DNA of 63,475 nucleotides, the filler included, from Sphacelaria rigidula (taxonomy: Eukaryota): NCBI GenBank assembly GCA_964200075.2. It is 9 parts of 9 records of this genome, joined end to end, with 100 filler letters (N's around TTAATTAATTAA, not from the genome) between each part and the next. Parts side by side here need not be neighbours in the genome. Positions count along the whole stretch, not along the records: positions 21,195 to 28,158 come from CAXNAA020017169.1; positions 28,259 to 35,222 come from CAXNAA020017170.1; positions 35,323 to 42,286 come from CAXNAA020017171.1; 6 more parts are not named here. The stretch is one strand, 5' to 3'. Position numbers and translations under genes: made by a program. Positions 26,798 through 38,576 of this stretch are shown in pieces. Numbering within the stretch: position 1 is the first letter of the stretch; each line of letters opens with the position of its first letter. The notes below the pieces were generated by a model, which did not search any database, was not told the origin of the DNA, and saw nothing but the letters and a program-made list of their open reading frames with translations.

Positions 26798-28258
26798 GTA
26801 TATGCGTGCACAACTGTTTCACGGCGTTGGCGGGCATGACTTCGTTTTGTTTACACTTGTTGCGAACGATTCTGGTCGTCCGTGCATGGTGAATATGTCG
26901 CGGGTGAACTCGATGAACTTTGCACGCAACAGCCTGATGTCGTTCGGAGATCGGAAGACATGTCGTACTTTTGGGTGAGTGTACCTTATGGCAAGAGCAC
27001 CAAAGTGCACATCCATCGTTGCTTTGCCCCTCTTGGGAGAAGTGACACAGGGCAATTTACCCGCCATAGAACCCGCCACAAATGGGTACAATATCTGTCA
27101 GAGTCAGGCATTTCCCGAAATTCAGCTACACGTTTGGGAAAGGATACGGAAAACTCCAGGTGTGGCCATGTCTTCCTTCAGAAAGGGGTATGCGACGGTT
27201 TCGATCAGTTTCGTGACTGGGAGGCTGGCCGGCCTGTGCTATCCGTATACCGCGCACCTGAAAATGGTGGGAATATGTCCAGGCATACCTGGATGTGTCG
27301 TTTACTCTACTATGCTATTAGTTATTTGCGGACTAGATGTACTATATTGTTTTAAAATTCGCCTGACAAGGAGAGTCGGAAATGAAAAGTGAGCCACAGC
27401 CACAAACCTGGTGGTGGTGTGCCTGGGTATCGGTGTATCGCTGTATGGTCGATTCGATTGTTCGATCGACCGTCGCATATTAGCTGATTTGCCACGAATC
27501 TAGGCATGGTCTCAAGATGAACATACCCAGGGCAAACAAATGGAAACACCTGGTAGAGCGAAACTCAAGGAGGACGAGCTATGAGAGGGAGAGAAGGAGA
27601 GGACATCCAGGGTAACTTAGAACATGCGAAAAAAAGAGCAGAGCAAAGCAAACACGAGAAAGTACAAGAAGAGAAAACACGAGAGCTCAAACCCGAACAC
27701 GAGAGGAGAAGGAACGCGCTCGAAGAAAAAACGAGAGAGAAACGAGGGGAATACAAAGCGAAGAAAGGAAAGAGAAGGAGAAAGAGAAAGAGGAACAGAA
27801 AACAAATGTCTCGCAAACATACAACGTCAACCCCCCAAGGAAACGAGAAAAGGTACGACAGGCCTCTGCTGCATGGCTTCAACAACAGAGGTAATGCGAA
27901 AACAAGACAAGGCGAAACAAAGAGAACGCATGATGGATGATGACGTGAAAGAAGCTTGTGACCCAGGAATCGGGGGACTGCAGTGTTTGGGAGGGAACTA
28001 TCACAACAGACTTCTACTTGAGCGACACACACACATATGGAAAAAAGGCAGAGAGTGCGTGGGTGGGCGGGTGGTGGCGGGGGGGGGGGGGGGGGGGGGG
28101 GGGGTGTGTTTTTTTTGTTGTCCTTGGCGGGGGGGCTTTTGCCCCCGCGCCCCTTTCGNNNNNNNNNNNNNNNNNNNNNNNNNNNNNNNNNNNNNNNNNN
28201 NNTTAATTAATTAANNNNNNNNNNNNNNNNNNNNNNNNNNNNNNNNNNNNNNNNNNNN

Positions 28259-28618
28259 TCAGAGGAGGAAGTTTTGGACAGTTTCACTGGGCTACAGTTG
28301 GACGTGTTTCATGCCTTGTGGGAACTATATAACCCGCAAACCAAACCACGCCCATCCGTTAATCCATCTCAAGCGGAAAGAGACTATTTTGCTCGGGATG
28401 AAGCTTTGCGACTCATTCCTCGAGGGATCAGAATACGTAAACAGTTTGTGGACAACCAAGGTGAGCGGCAGGAGTTCGACGGGGAAGTGTTCGACTTCCG
28501 TCAGCCGTATTACCGTATCAAGTATGAGGATGGGGATTGGGAAGAGATGACGCCGTCGGATGTGCGGGAAAATGCGGTGAAGGAACAGGCTACCGGAACC
28601 GCTTCGGGATCTAATTAA
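28259..28618 (+). mobile_element. Tudor-like domain ORF end, probably the pol C-terminus of an LTR retroelement
   Basis: Uninterrupted ORF end RIRKQF...FDGEVFDFRQPYYRIKYEDGDWEEM (PTM/DIR17-type Tudor pattern). The retroelement origin is inferred. Confidence 0.6.
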
Positions 28619-28897
28619 TGGAGAAAAGGGATCGTTCTACGTGCACCTAGCCACAGCTACTTCACTGCCGCGGACATTTTGGGGGGAAGATGGCTTCGCT
28701 CGGTCGTAAGTGTTTCGCGTCGTCCCTGCAAAAAAGAAATGCCACTTGAAGCTCATTTTTGAGATGGATCCCATTTTCCAGGATCCACTGTTACATGTTT
28801 TTACGGTGGGCGACCTCTGTGCAGACGGTAGTCAGCAGAGTAGAGCAACGGAAGTTCCAGATTGCATCATTGACGCACTCCTCTGCGCCACGCTGAA

Positions 28898-29626
28898 ACA
28901 GTTAGGTCACCAACGTAGGTATTTTGTTTCACTCCGCATGTCAAGAAGGCCTCCACAAGTGTTTGATCTCTCTTTCTCACACTCACACACACCAACTGGC
29001 CTGTGGCACGCTGTTATGGTCGGGCGCCTAGATGGTCACAGGTCGGGTAAAATCAACAATGAATAACACCCCCCGAGTTTAAATCGGATCCGTTCTTATT
29101 GCCGCAGCACTGCCCTTGCTAGCATGTGTGTGGCAGAGAACAGTAGTAGCGGTGACGGGGACATTGCCCTGTTTTTCAACGACATGTTATTCAGCGCACA
29201 GAGGCGCGCCCTGTCCAAAAGAGAGGCAGAGAGAAATCGATCTTCGTATTGGTGAGGTCCACAGGCAAGAAGAGACGGAATCTCTCCGCACCTCGATGTT
29301 CTGGCACATGGAAAATTGGGTACATGCTGGTAACATCGATGATGCCAGTCTCTCGAGCGATTGGTAATCGCCGAGCGAGGACACACAAAGGACACGGGCG
29401 CGGAGCTTCCTCTCTGTCATTGCTTCTCTCCATGGTGATATCGTCATCGACACGCGTGTAAACCGCAATCGTTGGGTGCACCTAGCCACAACTGATTCAC
29501 TGCTGCAGAGTTTTGGGGAGGAAGATGGCTTCGCTCTGTGTAAATGTTTCGCGCCATCTCTGCAAAAAGGAAATGCCACTTGAAGCTCATTTTTGATATC
29601 GACCCCATTTTCCAGGATCCGCTGTT
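28898..29626 (+). mobile_element. Non-autonomous dispersed repeat (about 730 bp, cagt...ctg termini)
   Basis: Homologous copies at about 48838-49349 (5' part), 28639-28791 (3' part) and 16171-16372 (3' part, reverse strand). Confidence 0.75.
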
Positions 29627-30659
29627 AAATAGTTGAGACCATTTTTTCACGAGAATGCCCGAACCTCCTTGAGAAAAAAATGGAGGCTCATTTTGTTTTT
29701 CATTCGACAGCCCGTCGGGGTTCTCCATGCTAAGTTTCAAATAAGAATTTTCAACATTGAGCGGAAAAAATGCGATAAGGCCTGAGAGCAATGTATATTT
29801 CTCCCCAAAACTCCACGAAAAAGACCAAACAATTGAAAACAAAGATGTGAAAAAGGTGAAAAGCTGTTTATTTTATGTTGTTATGCACTAGCGGTTCTTC
29901 ATATGAAATTTCATAGCACAGCTCTCGAAAACTGAGACGCGATATCCAGATTCAGGACAGCCAGTGCCTCTGCTCGTAATATATCGATTTCAATATGAAA
30001 ACGTATGTGCGCCATATCTCGAGATAGATTACGACTTAGGTGAAGGTGAGGGTATCTATCGTCTCCCCGTGCTCCAGGGAAGGCCCACACCAAAAATCGT
30101 CATCATCCGCTGAATGTATCGTTCGGGGTTTCACATAGATTTGAGTGTGGACGCTATCCGTACGGTACAGGAATTACTAGACATGGGGTTTAATCCACGA
30201 GAACTTATTGGCCCAGATTCTTGAGCAGATGAGCACTTTCCCCTTGACTAGACGATTATTACGGTATAGATTGCTCTGCGATGCATCGCGCTTCCAATTT
30301 CTTTTTCTTTGTCATGATGGAAAAGGAGCATATCGGCATACAGGTATAAGCACGGAAAGAAACACTTAAAATTCATGAAGTACGGCGAGAGCACTGAAGG
30401 AGGAAAGTGTGTACAGTACTTCCAATACCTGTATGTACAATATAATATTGGACACCCAGGTCGCTGTTGTGGCTTATTTTCGCCTCTCATGACATCTGCA
30501 CATATTGGTTGCAATCGACCAGCGTCTTCCTGCCTGCTGCTTCATCCACGACAAGCAAAACTACAGCACAAGGGGATTTGCTGCACAACATTAGCACTAC
30601 AGTAGTATGTAGCAGAGGGAAACCTCAACCAAGAGGAGCTAATGGCAACCCAATGATAG

Positions 30660-31621
30660 GGTGGCTGCGCATGTTCGCCATCACGCTTTCGCTAGTGCCG
30701 GTTATAGCCGCTGTAGGAGGAACTTACGCGGGACGAACGGCCACTGCAAGGACTACGTACTGGCACGTACTCCGCGCTCAACTGTTGATTAGACGATTAA
30801 TACGATATGCGGATCACGGCTCAACTCGTCTGTGTCGATGAGATATTGCCTTTAGAGCTTAAATCCGTTTCTAGCCTGGCCCAGCTCGTAGTCGAGTGAG
30901 GACTCTGAGATCCGTTGTCCAAAAGTACAAGATACGTGGCAGCAGCGCCCGAGAGACCAAAGTGCTACCTTTGCGCAACTTCGGGTATTCGGCGTTCAGC
31001 GCTGCACGGACCAAATATAGAAAGAAAAAAAGAAGAAGGCCAAATGCATGTGTTTCACCAGCGCAAGGTGGGAAAAAAATATGGATAAAATGTCGGCTTT
31101 CGTCTCATCATCGCGAATCGTATTTGCATCTGCAATATTTCCGCTGCAGAGCACAAACCTGTTGCATTTATCATCTATTGATCTGGAGGTTCGAGAGCCA
31201 GCTTGTTCCTCCAATAATTCGTCAGCAGCATGCACCATCATCCATCGTGTGCGTGTTGTCGTGCCGGCCATATACAGATACATAGACATTCTACTGCGGT
31301 CGTTCTGGAACCAATTGACCCTTCAGTACCTCGTTAGGCAACAATCTCCCCGTAACTGCGTGTCTACCCGGAACTCTACTCGGCACAGTTAAAGCAGCAA
31401 TTACATGTTTCCCCTCGGTATTTTCGACACATACATGAACGTATACATGCTGTCTTGATGGCCGTTGTGTTTCTACATCCTCACAGACGGGGACCTTCTC
31501 GGTGCACACCAGGCCTATGTGTATCGCAGCAGCCACGGAAACGGGGGCACCACGTGCCATTCGTTGTATGCAGACCGGAACACAATGGTATCGGCTTCCA
31601 CCTTCGAAACCAGTGGTGTAG
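30660..31621 (+). CDS. 3' exons of an unidentified gene: 30660-30766, 30926-30984, 31278-31332, 31487-31621
   Basis: AG/GT boundaries give WLRMFAITLSLVPVIAAVGG...WH|YKIRGSSARETKVLPLRNFG|YIDILLRSFWNQLTLQYL|TGTFSVHTRPMCIAAATETG...KPVV*. A second frame is also open, so the frame is uncertain. Confidence 0.55.
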
Positions 31622-32170
31622 CTACCATAAGAAGCTGCCGACATGTTGCAAAAACAAAACAAAACAGCAAGTATTTTTCTTATCCACGGAGTAACATCCG
31701 ACAAAGCAAATGGTACGCCATGCCACAGATCGTGGATCATACCCACTGAGCGGCGGGTAGGAGGGCAGGGAGCGGGGGAGAAGGTCAAGAACAGAAAAGA
31801 GAGGGGGGGGGGGGGGGGGAGAAAAAACCGCGCTCAAATCAAACCAACAGACGGTACACAAAAATAAAAAGTTGACCCTACACAATCAAGAGCCCCACTA
31901 GAGGATGAAGAACTGACGCATGTTTATTTAATTTACCTTTTCAATCCCCCCTCCCTCTTCGAGACGAATCCGCAGTGTCACCCATCTTTCCCGCGGTGCC
32001 TGCCCGACAGTACGAGCAGCTAAATCAATCTAGGTTGAAGAAGCTTCGCGTGAGTGTAGCTGTTACATGGTGGTAGGCAGATCTCTCTCACGTGCCCCAC
32101 CCAGCCCACTCCATGGTAACGGCCTGAACTACCACGCAAATTCAAACATACATCCTCATTAGCATTCGTT

Positions 32171-32371
32171 TCACATGCCCTCCTGGAAAAGCTTAGCGCT
32201 CGATTGCACCCTGTCCGACGCGCTCGGTCGCCCTTTCTTCTCGAAGACTGTTTTTTCCACTTCCTCGTTTGACGGCTCGCTGTCCCACGTGCCGACCAAT
32301 TCTCGCTTTCCCGTCGACTCCTCCACGTAAAACAAGCGCCAGGGGCCAGGGTACCCGTACAGCAGCCGGAG
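32171..32371 (-). CDS. Terminal exon of a DUF1995-family protein (LPA3/plastid ADK5 C-terminal-like)
   Basis: Acceptor cccaaag. LRLLYGYPGPWRLFYVEESTGKRELVGTWDSEPSNEEV...EGM* matches the DUF1995 ending L.r.YPgpWq.......l......P...e. Confidence 0.7.
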   Translation of the reverse strand, partial: LRLLYGYPGPWRLFYVEESTGKRELVGTWDSEPSNEEVEKTVFEKKGRPSASDRVQSSAKLFQEGM

Positions 32372-32879
32372 CTTTGGGATTTAGACACAGATGGATGCAT
32401 GGTACGTGGATAATGGGGACGGGGAGGCGGCGGGGGTGTGCGTGAGGGGGGGGGGGGGAGGGGGGGTAATATAGAACAAAGGAGCACCATGGATCAAGAC
32501 GGGTGGTAAAGAGTGCAGCAGAAGTGAAGGCTGCTGAAAACGTGAAGGTACGTGATAGTATCGATTCATTCACGTGAGGGGTACGGAATCAATCAGGCCA
32601 GCTGCGAATAAAAGAAAAAGCATGCATCTTGGAGAAATTTTGGACCTGTGAGAATTCCGCCTATGCAAGGCCCTTCACTTTTATGATCAACTCCCTCTCT
32701 CTATCTCTCTCTCTCTGTGTTTGAGTTTGTTCGTGGTAAGCTTCCGTACAATCTATTTCCATATCTGTTTCTACATGGTAGCTACATTTCGCTTGCACAC
32801 ATGCCAATGGTGCAAAGCCATGCCATGATTCTTGTGGTTCAATAGATACACCACGGCCGGTTCAAATGCAGGCGAAACT

Positions 32880-33460
32880 TGTTGCAGCTAGCAGTCATGG
32901 TTGGTCATTATTTAACACATATGCCCATTGGACGGCATCGCCGTGATCATACAACCGAGTGCTTGGATTCCGCAGGAAACACCGAACGGGCGGAAAGACC
33001 CTTCCGTGTGGAGCTGTGCTCGAGATGGCCAACTGCGAACTTGTCGAGACAATCATCCGCAAGCGTCAACTCTGGTTCGCGGGAGGCCTTGCCAGGTAGG
33101 ACGAAGCACGTCTCCTAAAACGCGCCATGAACGAAAACGGCGAGCCGCACAAGGATCCAAGGAGGTTGACGGCCCCCAAGATAAGTGGGGGACGACTTCC
33201 TGGGGAATCTACGTGCGCTAGGGGCCCTTCCCCGCCAAGGAGCACACCGGAAATGGTTCATCTACGGTGTGAAGGTTAACGACGCCTACGACGGGGTCAC
33301 TGCGGCGAAGGCAAATGGCGTCTCAGGGTCGAGGAAGGAGCGGAAGAGTTCGAGGACACGTGGCAACGCGAAGACAAACGAGAATCTGACCTCCGCCATA
33401 AACGAGAGGCTGCTCTGCTGCGTAGAGAGCCGCCAACCGGTGAGCTTCCACCGCTAACAA
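32880..33460 (+). mobile_element. Decayed RTE-like LINE, C-terminal part of ORF2
   Basis: IGRHRRDH...VLEMANCELVETIIRKRQLWFAG...RLL(P)KR pattern read across frameshifts. Confidence 0.65.
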
Positions 33461-34088
33461 AATACCATCAACAGCTTGCGAGGAAAGTCCAGGATGGAAA
33501 CGACCAAGAGAATGGTCCGCTTTTCACCCGACAAGCGATTAATGGGGAAACATGGGACACGGTCCAAAACGGAAACTATTGTATCTCTGTCCTGTTCTAT
33601 CGGTTGTTGTTTTTCCCCTTGGTTTTGTCTTTGCGGTCGGTGGTCTTGCCGTGCTCCCTGGATTGCGCGTTTGTACCAACTCTACTGTACAGTGTCCTTG
33701 GGCTTCATCGCTTCTGTAGCCTCGCCGTTTTTGTATGCTTTCTCTCTCTCTCTTCCCGTCTCTCTCTCTCTCTCTTTCTCTCTCGTTTTCTCCGGATGCG
33801 TGTATTATTTCCTCCCGGCGTATTGCAGTCGCAGTTTGCGCCTCGCAGTGTGCGCCTCGTTTCCGTCAGATTCATAAGTGCATGGGTGAAAAGCTCATAC
33901 CCAAAATAATGCGACCGAAATAGATGAGCCGCAATTAGTCCCCACTTTTTTCTTCTTCTTCTTTTTTTTTCTTGATTTGGTGAAGATGAACGTGCTGTTG
34001 CACAAGATATTCTCGACCGGAAGCCACGTCTAAAAAGCCGGCCACTTGTAGTCCCCTCTTTTATTTTTTGTCTTGTTTGTTGTTCGGG

Positions 34089-34281
34089 TGGGGGTGTACT
34101 CATGACCTTGCATGCCGTAGTCATGTGACCAACGGCCTCTCATCCCTACAAGGCAGGGATGGAGCACGCCGGGTTTTCGCCGGACTAGGCTTGGAAATAT
34201 CGTTTCGAGGGGAGGTGTACTCGTGATTCATGATCTTGCATGCGATAGTCATACGGCCATTGACCTCGTATCCCTACAAAG
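34089..34281 (-). mobile_element. Two tandem truncated copies of the poly(C)-tailed retroposon
   Basis: G-rich lead + tgtactc...catccctacaa..gggayggagcacgccggg at about 34089 and 34208. Confidence 0.8.
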
Positions 34282-34553
34282 CCGGGACGGAGCACGCCGG
34301 GTCATTCTACTCTTTGTGTTGTTATTTCCACTTTTCTGTTTTCTTCAGCTTCCTCCAAGGAGTATTTCCGTTTTGTTATATTTTGGATACGTCTATCATA
34401 TGGATAATGACAACGGCTGGATCGTGACTCCTGGGAAATCACTTGATGTTCGACAATCAATTCACCAATCAATCAATCAATCGGTTCATAGTCTTGATAT
34501 CCAAATACGGACAGTTTCCTACCTATCTAGAGTGATTACTCTCACAAAGCAAA

Positions 34554-34556
<3 letters not shown>

Positions 34557-34596
<40 letters not shown>
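34557..34596. repeat. (CA)n microsatellite
   Basis: Direct reading. Confidence 0.95.
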
Positions 34597-34598
<2 letters not shown>

Positions 34599-35464
34599 GC
34601 TGCACCACTGCCATGGACCAGTAACTATTCGATACCAAGCGCAAAAAACACGAAGAAAAATTGAAGATGAATGAAGCCAGATCTGCCAGAAAACAACCAT
34701 GACATTTAGAACTTAGCTTGCAGTCATTCTGCACCATCCGTCCGGCGATCTCTGTCTTGGAGCATTATGTGACAAGCATTCCAACGCGAGGTGATCTCCA
34801 AGTGAAGAACTGCACCACATCCCCAGTTATGCACTCAAGCCCAATTTGGGGGGAAGGGGACAATAAATCTAAGTAGATCAATTGCCCACCGTAGCCAAAC
34901 TTCTCACAACTGAAGATGCTCCGCGTGTCGAGGGTATGCTGCTGGGCTCGGAGCAAGGTATACATACTCTGATTTCTCTAATAGAGGTTGATGCGAGTTG
35001 ACTGCGAGTCGGAAAGATCGAACGAATAAGATCAAAACAAAATAGGGGTGCATCTGAGTTATCTGGCGACCATGCCGCGCCCTATAGCCACGGTGTGAGG
35101 AAGACTCATTGTACCTTTTACGAGTTATCTGTGTACTTAGCATCACCCTATGCGAGGCTGTTTGCAGGGACGTCCATACTTCTTCGGCCGAATGTGCAAA
35201 ATATACTTGGAAGGCCAAAAAGNNNNNNNNNNNNNNNNNNNNNNNNNNNNNNNNNNNNNNNNNNNNTTAATTAATTAANNNNNNNNNNNNNNNNNNNNNN
35301 NNNNNNNNNNNNNNNNNNNNNNGGTTCCGTAAACCCCCCTCCCCCCCCCCGCCGCCCCAACGGGGCGGCGGGGTAATCCCCCCCCCCCCCCCCCCCCGCG
35401 CCATAACGGGGTGTACTCATGACTATGGCATGCATGATCATGAGTACACCCCCCCGCGCCATAA

Positions 35465-38400
35465 GCGGGGGTCTGCGATGCAAGCAACCCCGACGCCCGG
35501 CGGAGCGAGGGATGACCAGATCGAAGGAGGGCCGGCCGGCAGCGAGTCCGCGGAGCAAACCCCGGTGACGCGTGCTCCATCACGCGGTTCACGTCGCGTG
35601 TCGTTCTCGCTCTCCAACTCCGAACGGTACGCAGAAGACGCCACACCGCAGACCCCCGCCAATGGCGCGGGGGGGGTGAGATGACCTCGCCGCCTCCTTG
35701 CAGAGGCGGGGGGGGGGGGCAGGAGATTTTACGAAACCCAGTACAACATCTCATCGATAAGCGGAGCTCGGTGCCGACAATAACGCCGTCAACGCCGACA
35801 GCCGCAGCGCCGACAACAATGCCAGAACGGCCACCCGTATCGCCGGCGCCGCATCCACCTGCGGCATCACCAACATTGTCGCCGACAACCGTCGCCACCC
35901 CCGAGCGCAACGACGGGGGGGGGCGGTGGAGCTCCCGATCTTCCAAGCACGGAGCTACACCGTCTTGCACTCGACGCCAAGTTATCTCTGCCTCCGTAAA
36001 TGGCAGAGCGCACGCGCAGTGCGACGAGAGCGGCAGCCGACCGGAACGAGCTAGCATCGACGGCAGAGGAGCCGGAGAAAATGCAGGCGTGGCAAAGAGA
36101 TGAATATTTTCCCCGCGTGATGGCGAGGGCTCAAGCGACGGCTCAAGCGGAAACTGTCCTGTATGGAATGGCGGAGGATACGTGCGGCATGATAGACCTG
36201 ATCGCTACAGCAGCCGGGCCAGAGGTGGGAGGCAGCACGGCCATGCTGATCGAGGAGACTTTCGCGGAGCAGGAGTATTTTTAGTTTTCGGCCGAAAACT
36301 AAACAGACGCAGAACCCAACTTTGGTTTGCGTTCCCCCATCGGTCTTCACGGTAGAGATGTCGAAATCCCCCCCGTAACAGCAGAAAAAGTGGAAAAATC
36401 AGAGTACAAGGGAATATTGTTGAGTGCTATGCGCGCAGAACTGAATGGGCATAAATCCGCGGTACCTGTGCAAGAAAGGAAGTCCCAAGAAAATGAAACA
36501 GCATTACAGCAAAGTGGGTGTTGAGTTGGGAAACCGATCCTAACCGTTCAATCGCCCGTTCAACGCCATAGCGAAAGCCAGACTTTTAGCGCGTGGGTTT
36601 GGCGAGAGATTCGCGGTTGACTGTTTTGAGACCTTTGCAGCCACCCCAGCCATAGCATCAATAAAACTGGTCATGGCCGTGGCAGTGCAGAGAGGATGCC
36701 CGCTGTATCACTTCGATGTTACACAAGCCTTGGTACGAGCAAAAATGGACACGGGTGTGTTCATCAAGCTCCCAGACGGGTGTGTCCCCTTGACGGAAAA
36801 TACAGTTAGACTGGAGAAATTCGTTTACGGAATCAAGCAAGCAGGGAGGCAATGGTCCCTTCTCCTAAACAAAACTTCGATGGAGGGTGCAAGGATGTCA
36901 CAAACTAAAGCTGAACCGTGTGTATACAAGCCGGAGGAAAGAATGAGTGTATGTGTCATATTAATAGTGCATGTAGACGACATCTTGATTGGAGGTGAAA
37001 CTAAAAGAGGAGAGAAAGTCTGTGATATCCTAAACAAGAGATTTCCGACCAACAATCTAGGTGAAGTCCAGTGGTATATGGGGTGTGCCATATAGAGGGA
37101 CTGGGGACGAGGTATCACGTATGTAAATCAGATGACATTTATCGACATCATGCTGAAGCGTTTTGAACTTACGGATCTTTTTGACATTCCTGCCTCAGTA
37201 TCAGCAGACTTAGGACCGGTGAAGCAAGGAGACAAGGTGGTAGACAGACCATACCGGACTGCCGTGTACTCATGATCATGCATGTCATAGTCATACGACC
37301 ATTGACCTTGCATCCCTACAATGCCGGGACGGAGTGCCGTGGGGGGATTGATGTGGTTGGCTGGAGTAATCAGGCCTGACATAGCAAATGCAGCCCAGGA
37401 CCTGGCCCGTCAATCACATGACTCATGCGAAAGACACTGACAAGGAGTGTTGAAAGTTTTGGCGTACCTCAACACAACAAGAAATTACGGTGTGGCTTTC
37501 AGTTCAGGGGAAAGAAGGCTCTCGGCCTATTGTGATGCCGACTACGCCAAGAAAGATACAGACAGGCGATCAGTTTCCGGGGTAGCGGTCATGTACGGAG
37601 GGATAGCAGTATCGAGTACTAGTCGAACGCAACACTGCATTACCCTGTCAACCACCGAGGCAGAGTACGTAGCTATGGCAGAAGGGGCGAAATAATGTAT
37701 GTTTGTCAGGTCGGTACTATCTTTCCTACGACCAAGAGTTGTGTTGGGACGAAAAGCGGAGTATGGCGTTGTTCTCTATGAGGACAATGAGGGGGCTAAG
37801 GCTCTGGCCGACAGCCCTCTCAGCTCGGGTCGCAGCAAGCATATCGACGTGAGACGGCACTTTATTAGGAACGTGGTTAGGATGGCAGCAGTAAGTATCA
37901 TACATGTGGATTCAGAGTGGCAACACGCTGATATTCTTACAAAGCCGCTCCCAACCACGCTGTTCAAGAGGCATCGTCGCGCCTTGATATGCATTGAGGA
38001 CAGCGAGTAGGCACATATTTCGTTTTTGTGTGTGTCTTTCGATTTGTCAGCTCTGGATGTTTCAGGTCATGGTTTCTGTAATGCAGCTGCACTTATGTCG
38101 GGTGAAGCCGCTCACGCTACTTTGTGGGGCATAGGTTTGTAGGGCGTTTCCCGTTGTCAAGTGCAGGTGCCGTGGCCTAGGCGTGTGCGAAAAGGGCTGT
38201 TTGTTTTCGAGCACAAGCGGTTGAATTTGGGTGATGAGGAGTGTTGCTCGGAAGGCCGAGTTTCCTCCGCATTATTATTTTGTTTTTAGCTTTAGGTGCT
38301 GAGGTATCCGATCAGGGGGGGTGTTCGAGTGATTCAGATACTCAGTTATGCTGGATCTACGTTGAACAGGGGGTCGGGGTGACGTACGAGTACTGGCGGT

Positions 38401-38560
38401 CAAGTGTGCGCAATTGTGGTACAGTACGGTCCGCGGGGGTGAGCACGCTGCACCCACCCGAACACTCTCGTCTGCCTCCCTCTTCTTCAGCACTCTCCCA
38501 AGTTACAGTATCACTTGGGTGCTCTCTAATAAACGATATAATACTATTACCCTGTACCTG
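35465..38560 (+). mobile_element. Decayed Ty1/Copia element (linker, RT, RNase H, PPT and probable 3' LTR)
   Basis: HFDVTQAL, FVYGIKQAGRQW, VHVDD, PYRSAVGGLMWL (interrupted), YCDADYA, STTEAEY, SKHIDVRRHFIR. PPT-like aggggggg followed by tgtt at about 38314-38325. Confidence 0.92.
37255..37341 (-). mobile_element. Short retroposon insertion in Copia RT with a 12-bp target-site duplication
   Basis: cggactgccgtg (37255-66) and cggagtgccgtg (37330-41). Removing 75 bp restores PYRSAVGGLMWL. Confidence 0.85.
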
Positions 38561-38576
38561 AGCCAAGGAATACGCT

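Noticed and set aside
27565-28032. Long Lys/Arg/Glu-rich ORFs
   Set aside because: Purine-rich low-complexity sequence that is open in several frames.
26688-30766. Joining the 25.4-26.8 kb exons to the 30.7-31.6 kb exons as one gene
   Set aside because: An artificial linker between unrelated scaffolds separates them.
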